Positions 46,252-55,915 of a DNA stretch of 64,000 nt are shown in pieces. Numbering within the stretch: the first letter of the stretch is position 1; each line of letters begins with the position of its first letter. Source of the stretch: Kiritimatiellia bacterium (GTDB taxonomy: Bacteria; Verrucomicrobiota; Kiritimatiellia; RFP12; UBA1067); NCBI GenBank assembly GCA_050949565.1, contig JBMNFY010000017.1, positions 1,696,001-1,760,000 of the forward strand, given 5' to 3'. A program made the translations under genes and the position numbers. Under the pieces are notes generated by a model, which was given only the letters and a program-made list of their open reading frames with translations, was not told the DNA's origin and searched no databases.

Positions 46252-49200
46252 GACCGCACCTCGCACTCTGCACTTCGCACTCGCAACGCGAGCAGCGGCC
46301 GGATCTCCGGCACGATCTGCCTTGCTGATTGCAGTTCATGCCGCCACTCGGATTCGTCCGCATCGCAACGGGACAACCTGAATTGCCGCACCTCCGGCAG
46401 TCCAACCCGTTCGATGGCCTTGCGGCGCGAGGCAAAGGAAACGATGCCGCGTTCCTCCTCGCGAGCCACAGAGGCGAGGTGCGCCTGCTGCAGGGCGTTG
46501 AACAGCTCCTGTCCGGCCTGTTCGGCAGCAATCTGCAAGCTCTCATGAGCGATGATGGATTCGTCCTGGTCAAGGGTGGCCTGCACCTGGGCTTCCGCTG
46601 TCTGCAGCGCATCCCAGATATGCCGGGCCGTGGGCAGAAACAGTTTGCCTTCCTCGCTCAAAAACACGCTGACATAGCCACGCCGCACCATGGGAATGCG
46701 CAGGAGCTGTGTCTTCTGGTGCGTCCCGGCCTGAAGGCGGATCTCAAAGAGTCCCCAGAGTCCGGAGATGCTGGCTGGCAGCCCGCTCACGCTTACGCAA
46801 GGCAATGGCTGGCCAGCCGCGATCTGCGGCAGGTTCAGGGCAAGCCCACGGACACGGCTGTTCGATAAATCGAAGTGCGAGGTGCGAAGTCCGGAGTGCG
46901 TAAAAGAACCTTTTTCAACGGTTCCATCTGACCAACTCAGTTCCCAGACATTTCCACCTCGCTCCTTGCGCAGTAATTTGGCTCCCGCCCTGCGCACTCC
47001 GCACCCCGCACTCGCATGACTGTTGAGGAACGAAACTGTCATGCGCTCCACCCAATGGGGCAGAGGATGGGAGCGCAGACGCTCAGCCGCCTGCACATCC
47101 GGCTCTTCGGAGATGCCATAGATGGCGGAGGCCTCGCGCACCTGCTGAATTTCATCGCGAAGCCGGGCCACCGTGTGATCGACGGAGCTTTCGATTCCGT
47201 CAGGATTGAGGATGGCAGAGGCGAACACATCCTCGAACAACTCACCGGCCTGGGCCGAGTCGAGCACGTCGCCGGTCTTGTCGATGCCGAACTCGTCGAA
47301 GATCACCGAGAGCTTCTGCTCCAGCACTTCGCGGACGCGGAACTCGACCGAATTCTCAAACACAAAATTAATTGCCCGCACTGTCTTGGGCTGCCCGATA
47401 CGGTCCACACGGCCGATTCGCTGTTCCAGCCGCATCGGGTTCCAGGGGATGTCGTAGTTGATGATGACGTGGGCGAACTGCAGGTTCAGACCCTCACCAC
47501 CCGCGTCGGTGGAAACCAGCACGCGGTGCGATTTGCGGAAGGCATCCTGGGCCTGATTGCGTTCCTCCATATCCATGGAGCCGTTCAGGGTGACCACCGA
47601 GATCCCCCGGGCTTCCAGAAACTCTTTTAGCATCTGCTGGGTCGGCACGAACTCGGTGAAGATCAGCACCTTCAAGTCCGGCTCGTTTTCCTCGGCCTGC
47701 AGCTCGTAGATCCACTCGATCAACGCCTCGGCCTTGGCGTCCGGTCCCGCTTGTTCGCAGCGAACCGCCGCATCGAGCAGGTGTTCAACCTCGGATTTTT
47801 CGTTTTCTATCGCATCAAGCTGTAACGCCAGCTCAAGCTGCTCTTGTCCGTCAAGATCTTCCCAATCCTCGGTTGAAAGGGACAAGGGGTCAGGGACGAG
47901 GGACGAGTCAGAATCTGCCAGTCTCGCCCCTAATCCCTCACCACTCGCCCCTAAAAAAGCAAGTCGTCGTTCCAGCGTGGTGCGGATCGCCCGGGTGCTT
48001 GAGACCACCAGGCGCTGCATCAGGATCATCAGGAAACCGATGTGGCGCTTCTTCTCGCGCAGGGCCTGGTTATAGCCCTCGCGCACATAGTCGGTCACCG
48101 CCTCGTAGAGAAGCTGCTGCAGGTGATGACGGCTCTCCCAGGCCACCGGGGCCATCTGCGTGCGCCGGGGTTTGAAGAGCGGCTTGCCGTCGGCATCGAT
48201 GGCCTTGCGCTTCTCGGTACGGATGACATACGGGGCCACCCGCTCGCGGGAGACGCTGTCCATATCCGGAAAGGCATCGTCATCCAGCAGGTTCATCAGG
48301 CGATGGAAGGCATCGGTCTTCCCCTGGTGGGGAGTCGCCGAAAGAAGCAGCACATAGGGCGCGGCTTCCGCCAGCCCTTTGCCGAGTTTGTAGCGGGCGA
48401 CCTGATCGGTGCTGCCACCCAGGCGGTGCGCTTCGTCCACCACCACCAGGTCCCAACCGGCGGTAATCAGATCCTCGAACCGGCTGCGGTTGTATTCGGC
48501 AACGCGCTCGGCGGTCCAGCCGCGCCGCTTGTCCATGGGTTTGACCGAATCGAGCGAAACAATCACTTGGTCAAAAAGCGACCAAGGATTGGTTCGCAAG
48601 TGCGGAGTATGGAGTGCGGAGTACGTTTTTTCTGAATCCGCACCTCGCACTTCGCACATCGCACCGGCAACGCGATTCAGCGTTGCCATGTCGTCGCCCA
48701 GCACGAGCTGGAACTGCTCGTTGAAGTGGGTCTGCATTTCCGCCACCCACTGGGTAGCGATGCCTTTGGGAGAGACGACCAGGATTCGCCGAACCAGCCC
48801 GCGCAGCTTGAGCTCGCGCATGACCAGACCGGCCTCGATGGTCTTGCCGAGACCCACCTCGTCGGCCAGCAGATAGCGCACACGGTCTCCGGAGATGGCC
48901 CGGGACAAGGCGTGGATCTGGTGCGGCAGCGGGATGACGTTGGACTCCATGGGAGCCAGCAATACATGGCCGTCGGTGGCGCTGGTGGAGCCTTCGAGCA
49001 CCTCGGCTACCTTGGCTGCGGCGGCCACATAGGCAATGTGATCAGTGGTTAGTGACGAGGGGCGAGAGGCGAGTGGAATCAGACCGGAAGCCGGGATTCG
49101 GACAACAGAATCAGAATTCGGCAACCAGACACGGCACACCGTCTGCCCCCACAAGGTCTGTTCTTCGATGACCTTGCAGGCGCTGTTATGAACGGTCGAA

Positions 49201-49274
49201 TAGCACCACGAATGAACACCAATGGACACCAATGATTTTCTGTCCGTGCCTGATTCGTGTTTATTAGTGTCCAT
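46248..49274 (-). CDS. brxHII: BREX-3 SNF2-family helicase BrxHII
   Basis: LADEVGLGKT, DEAH, SATP, QRIGRVDR. Confidence 0.88.
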   Translation of the reverse strand: MDTNKHESGTDRKSLVSIGVHSWCYSTVHNSACKVIEEQTLWGQTVCRVWLPNSDSVVRIPASGLIPLASRPSSLTTDHIAYVAAAAKVAEVLEGSTSATDGHVLLAPMESNVIPLPHQIHALSRAISGDRVRYLLADEVGLGKTIEAGLVMRELKLRGLVRRILVVSPKGIATQWVAEMQTHFNEQFQLVLGDDMATLNRVAGAMCEVRGADSEKTYSALHTPHLRTNPWSLFDQVIVSLDSVKPMDKRRGWTAERVAEYNRSRFEDLITAGWDLVVVDEAHRLGGSTDQVARYKLGKGLAEAAPYVLLLSATPHQGKTDAFHRLMNLLDDDAFPDMDSVSRERVAPYVIRTEKRKAIDADGKPLFKPRRTQMAPVAWESRHHLQQLLYEAVTDYVREGYNQALREKKRHIGFLMILMQRLVVSSTRAIRTTLERRLAFLGASGEGLGARLADSDSSLVPDPLSLSTEDWEDLDGQEQLELALQLDAIENEKSEVEHLLDAAVRCEQAGPDAKAEALIEWIYELQAEENEPDLKVLIFTEFVPTQQMLKEFLEARGISVVTLNGSMDMEERNQAQDAFRKSHRVLVSTDAGGEGLNLQFAHVIINYDIPWNPMRLEQRIGRVDRIGQPKTVRAINFVFENSVEFRVREVLEQKLSVIFDEFGIDKTGDVLDSAQAGELFEDVFASAILNPDGIESSVDHTVARLRDEIQQVREASAIYGISEEPDVQAAERLRSHPLPHWVERMTVSFLNSHASAGCGVRRAGAKLLRKERGGNVWELSWSDGTVEKGSFTHSGLRTSHFDLSNSRVRGLALNLPQIAAGQPLPCVSVSGLPASISGLWGLFEIRLQAGTHQKTQLLRIPMVRRGYVSVFLSEEGKLFLPTARHIWDALQTAEAQVQATLDQDESIIAHESLQIAAEQAGQELFNALQQAHLASVAREEERGIVSFASRRKAIERVGLPEVRQFRLSRCDADESEWRHELQSARQIVPEIRPLLALRVRSAECEVRS

Positions 49275-49281
49275 TCGTGGT

Positions 49282-50538
49282 TCAATCCTCGCCATGGGGT
49301 GGTTGCGCGGCAAAAATCGTCAGCATCAGCTCAGAATCATCAAGGAGCCTGTACACCGGCTTTCTACCCGACAGCTTCTCGCTTTCGGTGATGATGATCG
49401 GTACCCCCTCACCGCGCTTATCCATGATGAAATTCCGTTGACTGCCGATGGCATCTACATTCATAGGGCAACGAGCCAGCAATGAACTGATCAATTCGTT
49501 CCGTGCCGATTGGCGTTCTGAAATGCTATCAATGGTCATGGTGTTGGGGATCGCGCCGGGCGAGAAGATTTCCAGCCGATCAGAAAAGAGGTGCAGGCGA
49601 ATCTTGGAGCCGTAAATGGAGTAATCCCGATGGGCTACAGCGTTGACCACAGCCTCGAACACCGCATTCATGGAAAACTGGGGTGTTTCGATCCGATTGG
49701 GTGCTTTGATGGCAAAGACCCGCATGTTTCTCTCCACAAACTTGCAGGCGTCCCGAACCTGAACATCAAGCGGGCCAGTGATATCCTTGGCGTCCAGTTG
49801 ATAGGCGGCGTTGCGCTCGGTGCCCCGGTAGCAAACGGCCTGAATAAAAGCGCTGGAGATAAAAGCCTCCGGTGCGTCCGAGGCCATCAGAATACCGCTG
49901 ACTGTCGCCCGCATGGCGCCGTCTTCGTCCTTGGCAACCAGCTTCATCTTTTCGAGAAATTCCTGATCAGCCTTGGAGGAGATAACCGTCCGGAATTGGT
50001 TCCATAGCTTGGGATTCAGATCATTGACAGATGTGCCCGGCACTGTCTGTTCATCGAAGCGAATGAGTCGCGCCTGACTGCGTTGCTGGAATAACCGCGC
50101 CAAAACATCCGGTTTCATCTCGCGCTTGGAACTACCGAGGCGGCGGAAATAGCCATTAGGGCTTTTATGGACAAACAGACTGCGGGGCACGTCGATTCGC
50201 AGGATAGTTTTCTCATCACCCTGTTGATCGGGCACAAGGAGTTTGCGTATGACGCAATCCAAGGGAGGATCAATCGAGTCGTTGCAAATGGAACGTAGCC
50301 AGCCTTCAAGTATGTCAAGTTTATCCGACGGTATCCCTCGAATCTCTTTGGTCTTGTCATCAACCCCCAGAACAATGGTGCCGGAAGCCGTATTCGCCAT
50401 GGCCGCCAGTTCGTCTGCCATATCGTCCTTGTGGGGACCGGTGACTTTGTTACCGCTGAATTCCACTGCCTTGAGTTCAAGAACTGAGTCCTCGCCCAAG
50501 GCGATTTGTTTAAGCAGGTCGGAAATGTTTTCGTACAT
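49282..50538 (-). CDS. AlbA/Schlafen DNA-binding domain + HATPase_c_4 protein
   Basis: GEDSVLELK, AMANTASG..LGVDD, EAVVNAVAHRDY, SPG. Confidence 0.85.
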   Translation of the reverse strand: MYENISDLLKQIALGEDSVLELKAVEFSGNKVTGPHKDDMADELAAMANTASGTIVLGVDDKTKEIRGIPSDKLDILEGWLRSICNDSIDPPLDCVIRKLLVPDQQGDEKTILRIDVPRSLFVHKSPNGYFRRLGSSKREMKPDVLARLFQQRSQARLIRFDEQTVPGTSVNDLNPKLWNQFRTVISSKADQEFLEKMKLVAKDEDGAMRATVSGILMASDAPEAFISSAFIQAVCYRGTERNAAYQLDAKDITGPLDVQVRDACKFVERNMRVFAIKAPNRIETPQFSMNAVFEAVVNAVAHRDYSIYGSKIRLHLFSDRLEIFSPGAIPNTMTIDSISERQSARNELISSLLARCPMNVDAIGSQRNFIMDKRGEGVPIIITESEKLSGRKPVYRLLDDSELMLTIFAAQPPHGED

Positions 50539-50644
50539 TATGGGCACTCCTTTTCTAAGAAGAACCACGAATGAACACCAATAAACACTAATGATCTTTT
50601 GCATGGTCTTGATTCGTGTGTATTTGTGTCCATTCGTGGTTCCA

Positions 50645-51028
50645 TTAAAGCACCAACCTTTCCCATTCGAGTTTGGCACGTTTGAAGTTTAGAATAACGC
50701 CAACCTTCAGTCCGGTGATCTTTAAGTAATTGAGGATTTGACCGCGTTCCACATCGGTGATTCTTTCGATGGTCTTGGTATCAACCACAATCTGATCAAA
50801 AACAATCAAGTCAGGGATATACTCACCGACCTTGATCGACTTATAAATGACATCGAATCGAGGCTGCTGATGAAACGGGATATTCCGCAGCCCGAACTCC
50901 ACAACGAGCGCATTTTCATAAGGCTTTTCCAGCAGGCCATGTCCAAGCGTGTTCAACACCTCCATCGCACAGCCAACAATCTGAAAAACCTCCTCCTTCA
51001 AAAACAATTCGTGTTTATTCGTGTCCAT
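50645..51028 (-). CDS. GxxExxY protein
   Basis: LGHGLLEKPY, PDLIV..VDTK, QILNYLK..G..LNF. Confidence 0.92.
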   Translation of the reverse strand: MDTNKHELFLKEEVFQIVGCAMEVLNTLGHGLLEKPYENALVVEFGLRNIPFHQQPRFDVIYKSIKVGEYIPDLIVFDQIVVDTKTIERITDVERGQILNYLKITGLKVGVILNFKRAKLEWERLVL

Positions 51029-51035
51029 TAGTGGT

Positions 51036-53880
51036 TCACTCCCCTCCCATTCTTGTTACCGCCTGGTCGTACCACATGAGCAGTTTGGGATCTTCTTCCA
51101 GGACGTTGTTGGGGATCTTGTCGGCCACGGCGATGATGACTGCGTAGTCGCGCTCCTGCCAGGCTTTCTTGAATCCGGCGCGGACAGCTTCCAGGCGGAA
51201 GACCTTGAGCTTTTTCTTGACCTCTTTGTATTCCTCGAACTCCTTGAGCAGCGCCTTCTCGCGCAGCTTCTCCAGGTCGCCTGCCTTGTTGGGGTCGGGC
51301 ACGTACCAGCGGTCGCGGGCCTTAGCGACCAAGGTCGGATCATCCTTGGGAAGATTGCGCAGCTCTTTCCAGTTGGTGGAAAGGTAGGCGTGGATCTGCT
51401 CGGGCACCGGGCCTTTGCCGTCGAATTTGATAAAATTTTGCTCTAGCAGCTCATCCAATTCGAGGAGCTTTTCTGTCTTTAGCCACCCACCAATTTCTTG
51501 CATAAATTGAGGTTTGAGTTCACCTGATGTTTGAGGCTTCTTAAGCAGTTGCTGCCTCATCCATTGGATGGCGGTATTTTCGTCAGTGATAAATAACTGT
51601 AGCTGTAGAACCTCACGTACAGTCATTCTCTTTCTATCGTATTCTGCAATTTGATCTGGTAGAAAATACATGCCATCACGCTCGGAGAAGCGCTGATTAA
51701 GGCCTTGATAGAACTCCGCTGCAGACAAAGGAACGGCCACCCCCCTTTGGACGTGAAATGCGACCATCCGGTCAAACAACAGAAAGTTTTGGCGCTCCGA
51801 AATGATTTCAACTTTCCCATCTTTGGAAACAAAAACAGGAAGCTGGTTGAGATGCGTTCTGATGAAATCCCAAACTACATCTTCGGTTCCCGCTCCAATC
51901 TCAAATTTCTTTTCTAGTCCATCTGTCGGTTTATATGCGGATATAACAAGGTCTTGATCAATGGCCCCAGCTCTATTTACTGCATTGAAAGACCGCTGCT
52001 GTTTATTGAGCACCCGAACATCTGCCACAACAAGCCCAGAAGACTCTATTGCCTGCTGTATCGCGCTCCAAACTGCATTCTGGCTGTTATGGAATTCGAC
52101 GGTGATCCATCTCCCCGGCTTTAGAACACGAGAGTAAGTTCTAAAGGCTCCTAACATCATATTGGAATAGAATGCTAAATCCTTCTTGTGGACATAGTTC
52201 AGAACGCAATCGCTATCGACAAAAGTCCTCGTCTTAAGCCACGCCTCCACAAACATGTTCAGCTCTGCATATTGCAATGATTCTCCAAAAGGCGGATCTG
52301 TAAATATGTAGTCAATTGAACTATCTGGGTAATTCCTGAGATCGACAACACTTTGGGTGGATACGGTCGCAGCCCGGTGAGTTTCTACTGAAAGAGACTT
52401 CAGCTTTTTTATCTTCCTCTTGAGAACATCAAATACATTTCGCTCAAGGTGAAGAGAGGGCGTAAAAAGAGTGCCCGAAACGCCACCGCCTCCGCCGAAA
52501 TAGCCTTGTTTTCTCGAAATATAGTTATTAATCGCGGTTAAGCAGAATCTGAAAAAGGCCGTTCTTCTGTGTGAAGAGAGCGTCTTCCCCCACAAGTATC
52601 CATAAACAAATAGAGATCGCTTTGTATACATATGAGCGACATGCGATAGCCCAGAACCATTTATGAGTTTGTTGGTCTGCCGACCTGGGAAAAATTCATC
52701 TGAAGGAATGCTTGGCCAGTGACGTCCTTCAAACCTTTGATCAAATTCTTTTCGTTCCTCGGGCGTAACCGAGAACGTCTTTCTTGCCGTTCCCTGCTTT
52801 ATTGTCTGCTCAACTAGAGCAAACTTGGGAGTGCTTACCATTTTTCCAAGCACGGGATCGAACTCAGATGTAAATGGCCTTTCCAATTTTACCGCGCCAG
52901 AAGATTTCGACGCTGCTTTTCCTACTATCGTTCCGCAATCAGGGCATGGGAAAGATCCTTCCATCTTTCCATCTTTTAATGCGGCTTCCCAGAAAATGAA
53001 CTCATGCGAACAGTTAGGGCAAAGGAAAACATCTGACCAGACGGCACTAAGCACGGTACCTTTTTGCTGACCCTGATAGAGCCATTTGAGTTCTTTTTCG
53101 GCACTCTCAATCACCTTTAATGCTTCCATGGCAAAAGAAGAGAGGGAGGAAAGGTCTGAGTAATTACTCGAAATAAACGTCGCAGCAGGTGAGAGGTCAT
53201 TTAAGAAGGCTTTCCTCTCCCCTATGGTAGAGAACGGTACCCATACCTTTTTCCCTTCGCTATCAATCTCTTCCTGCATAATCGAGCCATCGGGCTTGAT
53301 TTGATAACCGAGGGACGATATTTCGTTTTTGTCGCCACACATCTGCGCCGCCACGCCGGTCATGCCTGTTCCACAGAAGCCGTCAAACACAATATCCCCC
53401 GGTTGGGTGTAGTGGAGGATGTAACGCATGATGGCCTTGTGCGGCACCTTGGTGTGATAGGAGTGCGCGTTGTAAATCGGGTCGTTCTTCCCCTCGCTGA
53501 CATCGGCGGCAAAAGGCTCTCTATGATAGGGGCGAGGGGTGAGGGGCGAGGGGTGAGCGCCTTCTTTCTCGTCCCTCGTCCCTAATCCCTCGTCCCTGAT
53601 TTTTTCCGCTTCCCATAAGCGGATAAAATCGGCAATCCACGGGTTCGGGCAGGCGGTGTAGTACGGCGGATCGCTCAGCTTGAGGATGTCTTCATCTCTC
53701 ACCGATGGGAAAGCCTTCGATCTTGCGGAACTCCGGGTCCTGCAGCTTCTTGCGCAGCTCCTCGGTAAAGTGGGCGCGGCGGGCCTCGTCGTTCTCGAAG
53801 GTCATGCCGAGGCAAGTCACCGGGCCGGAGGGCTTCTGCGGCTCTTCAAGCAGCGAGTCGAACAAACTGGTTTCTTTCAT
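51036..53880 (-). CDS. pglXI: BREX-3 DNA methyltransferase PglXI, frameshift at ~53697
   Basis: SDPPYYTACPNP, HSYHTKVP, DGFCGTGMT, DPPF; N-terminus MKETSLF..FPIGE is in another frame. Confidence 0.85.
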
Positions 53881-54237
53881 CTTCACAATCCTTTTGAACC
53901 ACGAATGGACACGAATCCACACGAATAATTTTTAACCACGGAATACACGGAAAGCACGGAAGGGGCACTTGCTATACACGCTTTTATGCGCGGGCGCATA
54001 GATGGGCGCATATTTTCACGCGCCGCGCGGATTTTACGCGCGGGCTCATACCATTTTATGCTTGCAACGCCCGTTTTATGCTCGGTGAGCATATTTTCGC
54101 CCGACGAGCATAAATATGAGCGAATACGCGCGCCGCGCGCAAAATACGAGCGATCTACACACGATCCTATACACGCATGCGTAGAAGTTATGAGCCATTT
54201 ATGAGCTGGCTCATAACTTATGAGCGGGGCGCATAAA

Positions 54238-55908
54238 TTATGGGTTAAAGTCATAATGAGACCCTCTTCGTTCACCATGTTTGAAAATTTTTCCTTCGTT
54301 CGCCAGTCGAGTCAGCAGTTTTGCGGCTTGGTCTTTTGTCAGACGGCACAGGTCCATGACATCCGCTCGTTTTATGCTGCCGTGTTTGTCGATATAGCTA
54401 AGCACCATCTGCTCCTGCTGGATGGGTGCAAACCCGGCCTGGCGGATGTACTCTGATTTTTTTCCTGCTTTACGGTACAGGGCGGCACTGAGGGTATAGG
54501 TCCGTCCCCTGCCGGTGCCGTGGGGTTCCAGAAATCCGGTTTCCACGAGTTTTTCCAGTGTCGCCCGAACACTGGCCTCCGGTTTTTGGACCGATGGGGC
54601 GAGGTCACCGGTGGTCAAGCGGCGCTCCTCACGCAGGCGGGAGAGGATGATCAGGGAGTCAATGGGCATGTTACCCAGCTTGTCCTCTTGTTCGACGACC
54701 ATCTTGAGAAAATCGAGATCGGCGGCAGCATTGACCATCTGCATGGAAACCGTAAACTCATTGGACATGGAGTAATCCGGTGCCGGTCGACCGTAGCGGA
54801 GCATGCCTTCATAGATGCGGTCAATCCCGCGCCCTGTACGCTCGGCCAGGCCGATCCGCTTGATCACGTCAGCAAGTAGCGGATTACGGGAACGGGGGTC
54901 TGCAACGAGCAGGTTATCCAGGGTAACGCCTTCCACAAATCCGCCAGGATTGCTGATCGAAAGGCCATCGCCTGTGATCTTGACGTGCACGGCTCCCAAA
55001 CGGCTGAAGTCGCGGTGTACCAGGGCGTTAACCAATGCTTCGCGGAAAGCGCGTCGATCATAGTTGGGAACCGGCACCCGGAAGAGGCCGACCTGTATCT
55101 CTTCTTCCTCGACTCGTGCCTTGAAGAGAAGCTCAACTTCCTCAAAGGTTTCCAGCAGTGGTTTGCGGAAGAACTCATTCACCCTGACGTCTGTAGCTTG
55201 CAGGACCTGGAAGGCGACCTCGTAGGCGGGAAGATGTTGTCGCAACAGACTTTCGGTTCCCAGCAACAGCAATCCGGCCACGGTTGGCCGCCTGATGCCG
55301 TTCCCTTCCCGACAGAGCCCCAGAGCGCCATCCAGTTCGTCATCGGCCAGCGCCAGCAGGGATTGTTCGCCGCCGTATTTCTTAATGGCGTTACGAATGC
55401 GCAGCCGTTGCAGTGGGTCGAGTTGGCTTGCTTCCACCTCCTCAAGCATCATGGCAGAGGGATCGACAAGCCCCATTGACGACTGGCGCTGGATAAACTC
55501 ATGGGGATAGAAAGGAACCGCTTCCGGTGTACCGTCGAGCTTGAGGCGCCTTCGGACCAGAAGGCCATCGGAGGTTGAAACCAATTGCCGGGATTTGGGC
55601 ACGGAGATACGGGCGATGGATTTGCCCTGCAACTCACACCGCTCGATGCGAACAGATATGGCGGGATTGGTTTTGTTGGCGATCAGCGAAGGAATGCCCG
55701 ACACATTCAGATGGTTGGCATGCAAGCCGGTAACCGAGCCATCATCCTCCACACCAAGCAACAGGTTGCCGCCATCGGTATTGGCCAAAGAAACGACCAC
55801 GGCCACCAGGTCGCGATCAGGCAGGCACTTCAGGTCGCTCTTGAATTCCAGCGACAAGCTTTCGCCCTGCTGGATCAGCTTATCAATTTCGTGTCCATTC
55901 GTGTCCAT
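54238..55908 (-). CDS. AlbA/Schlafen + HATPase_c_4 + wHTH protein
   Basis: GESLSLEFKSD, LANTDGG..LGVEDDG, REALVNALVHRD, ERTGRGID. Confidence 0.85.
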   Translation of the reverse strand: MDTNGHEIDKLIQQGESLSLEFKSDLKCLPDRDLVAVVVSLANTDGGNLLLGVEDDGSVTGLHANHLNVSGIPSLIANKTNPAISVRIERCELQGKSIARISVPKSRQLVSTSDGLLVRRRLKLDGTPEAVPFYPHEFIQRQSSMGLVDPSAMMLEEVEASQLDPLQRLRIRNAIKKYGGEQSLLALADDELDGALGLCREGNGIRRPTVAGLLLLGTESLLRQHLPAYEVAFQVLQATDVRVNEFFRKPLLETFEEVELLFKARVEEEEIQVGLFRVPVPNYDRRAFREALVNALVHRDFSRLGAVHVKITGDGLSISNPGGFVEGVTLDNLLVADPRSRNPLLADVIKRIGLAERTGRGIDRIYEGMLRYGRPAPDYSMSNEFTVSMQMVNAAADLDFLKMVVEQEDKLGNMPIDSLIILSRLREERRLTTGDLAPSVQKPEASVRATLEKLVETGFLEPHGTGRGRTYTLSAALYRKAGKKSEYIRQAGFAPIQQEQMVLSYIDKHGSIKRADVMDLCRLTKDQAAKLLTRLANEGKIFKHGERRGSHYDFNP

Positions 55909-55915
55909 TCGTGGT

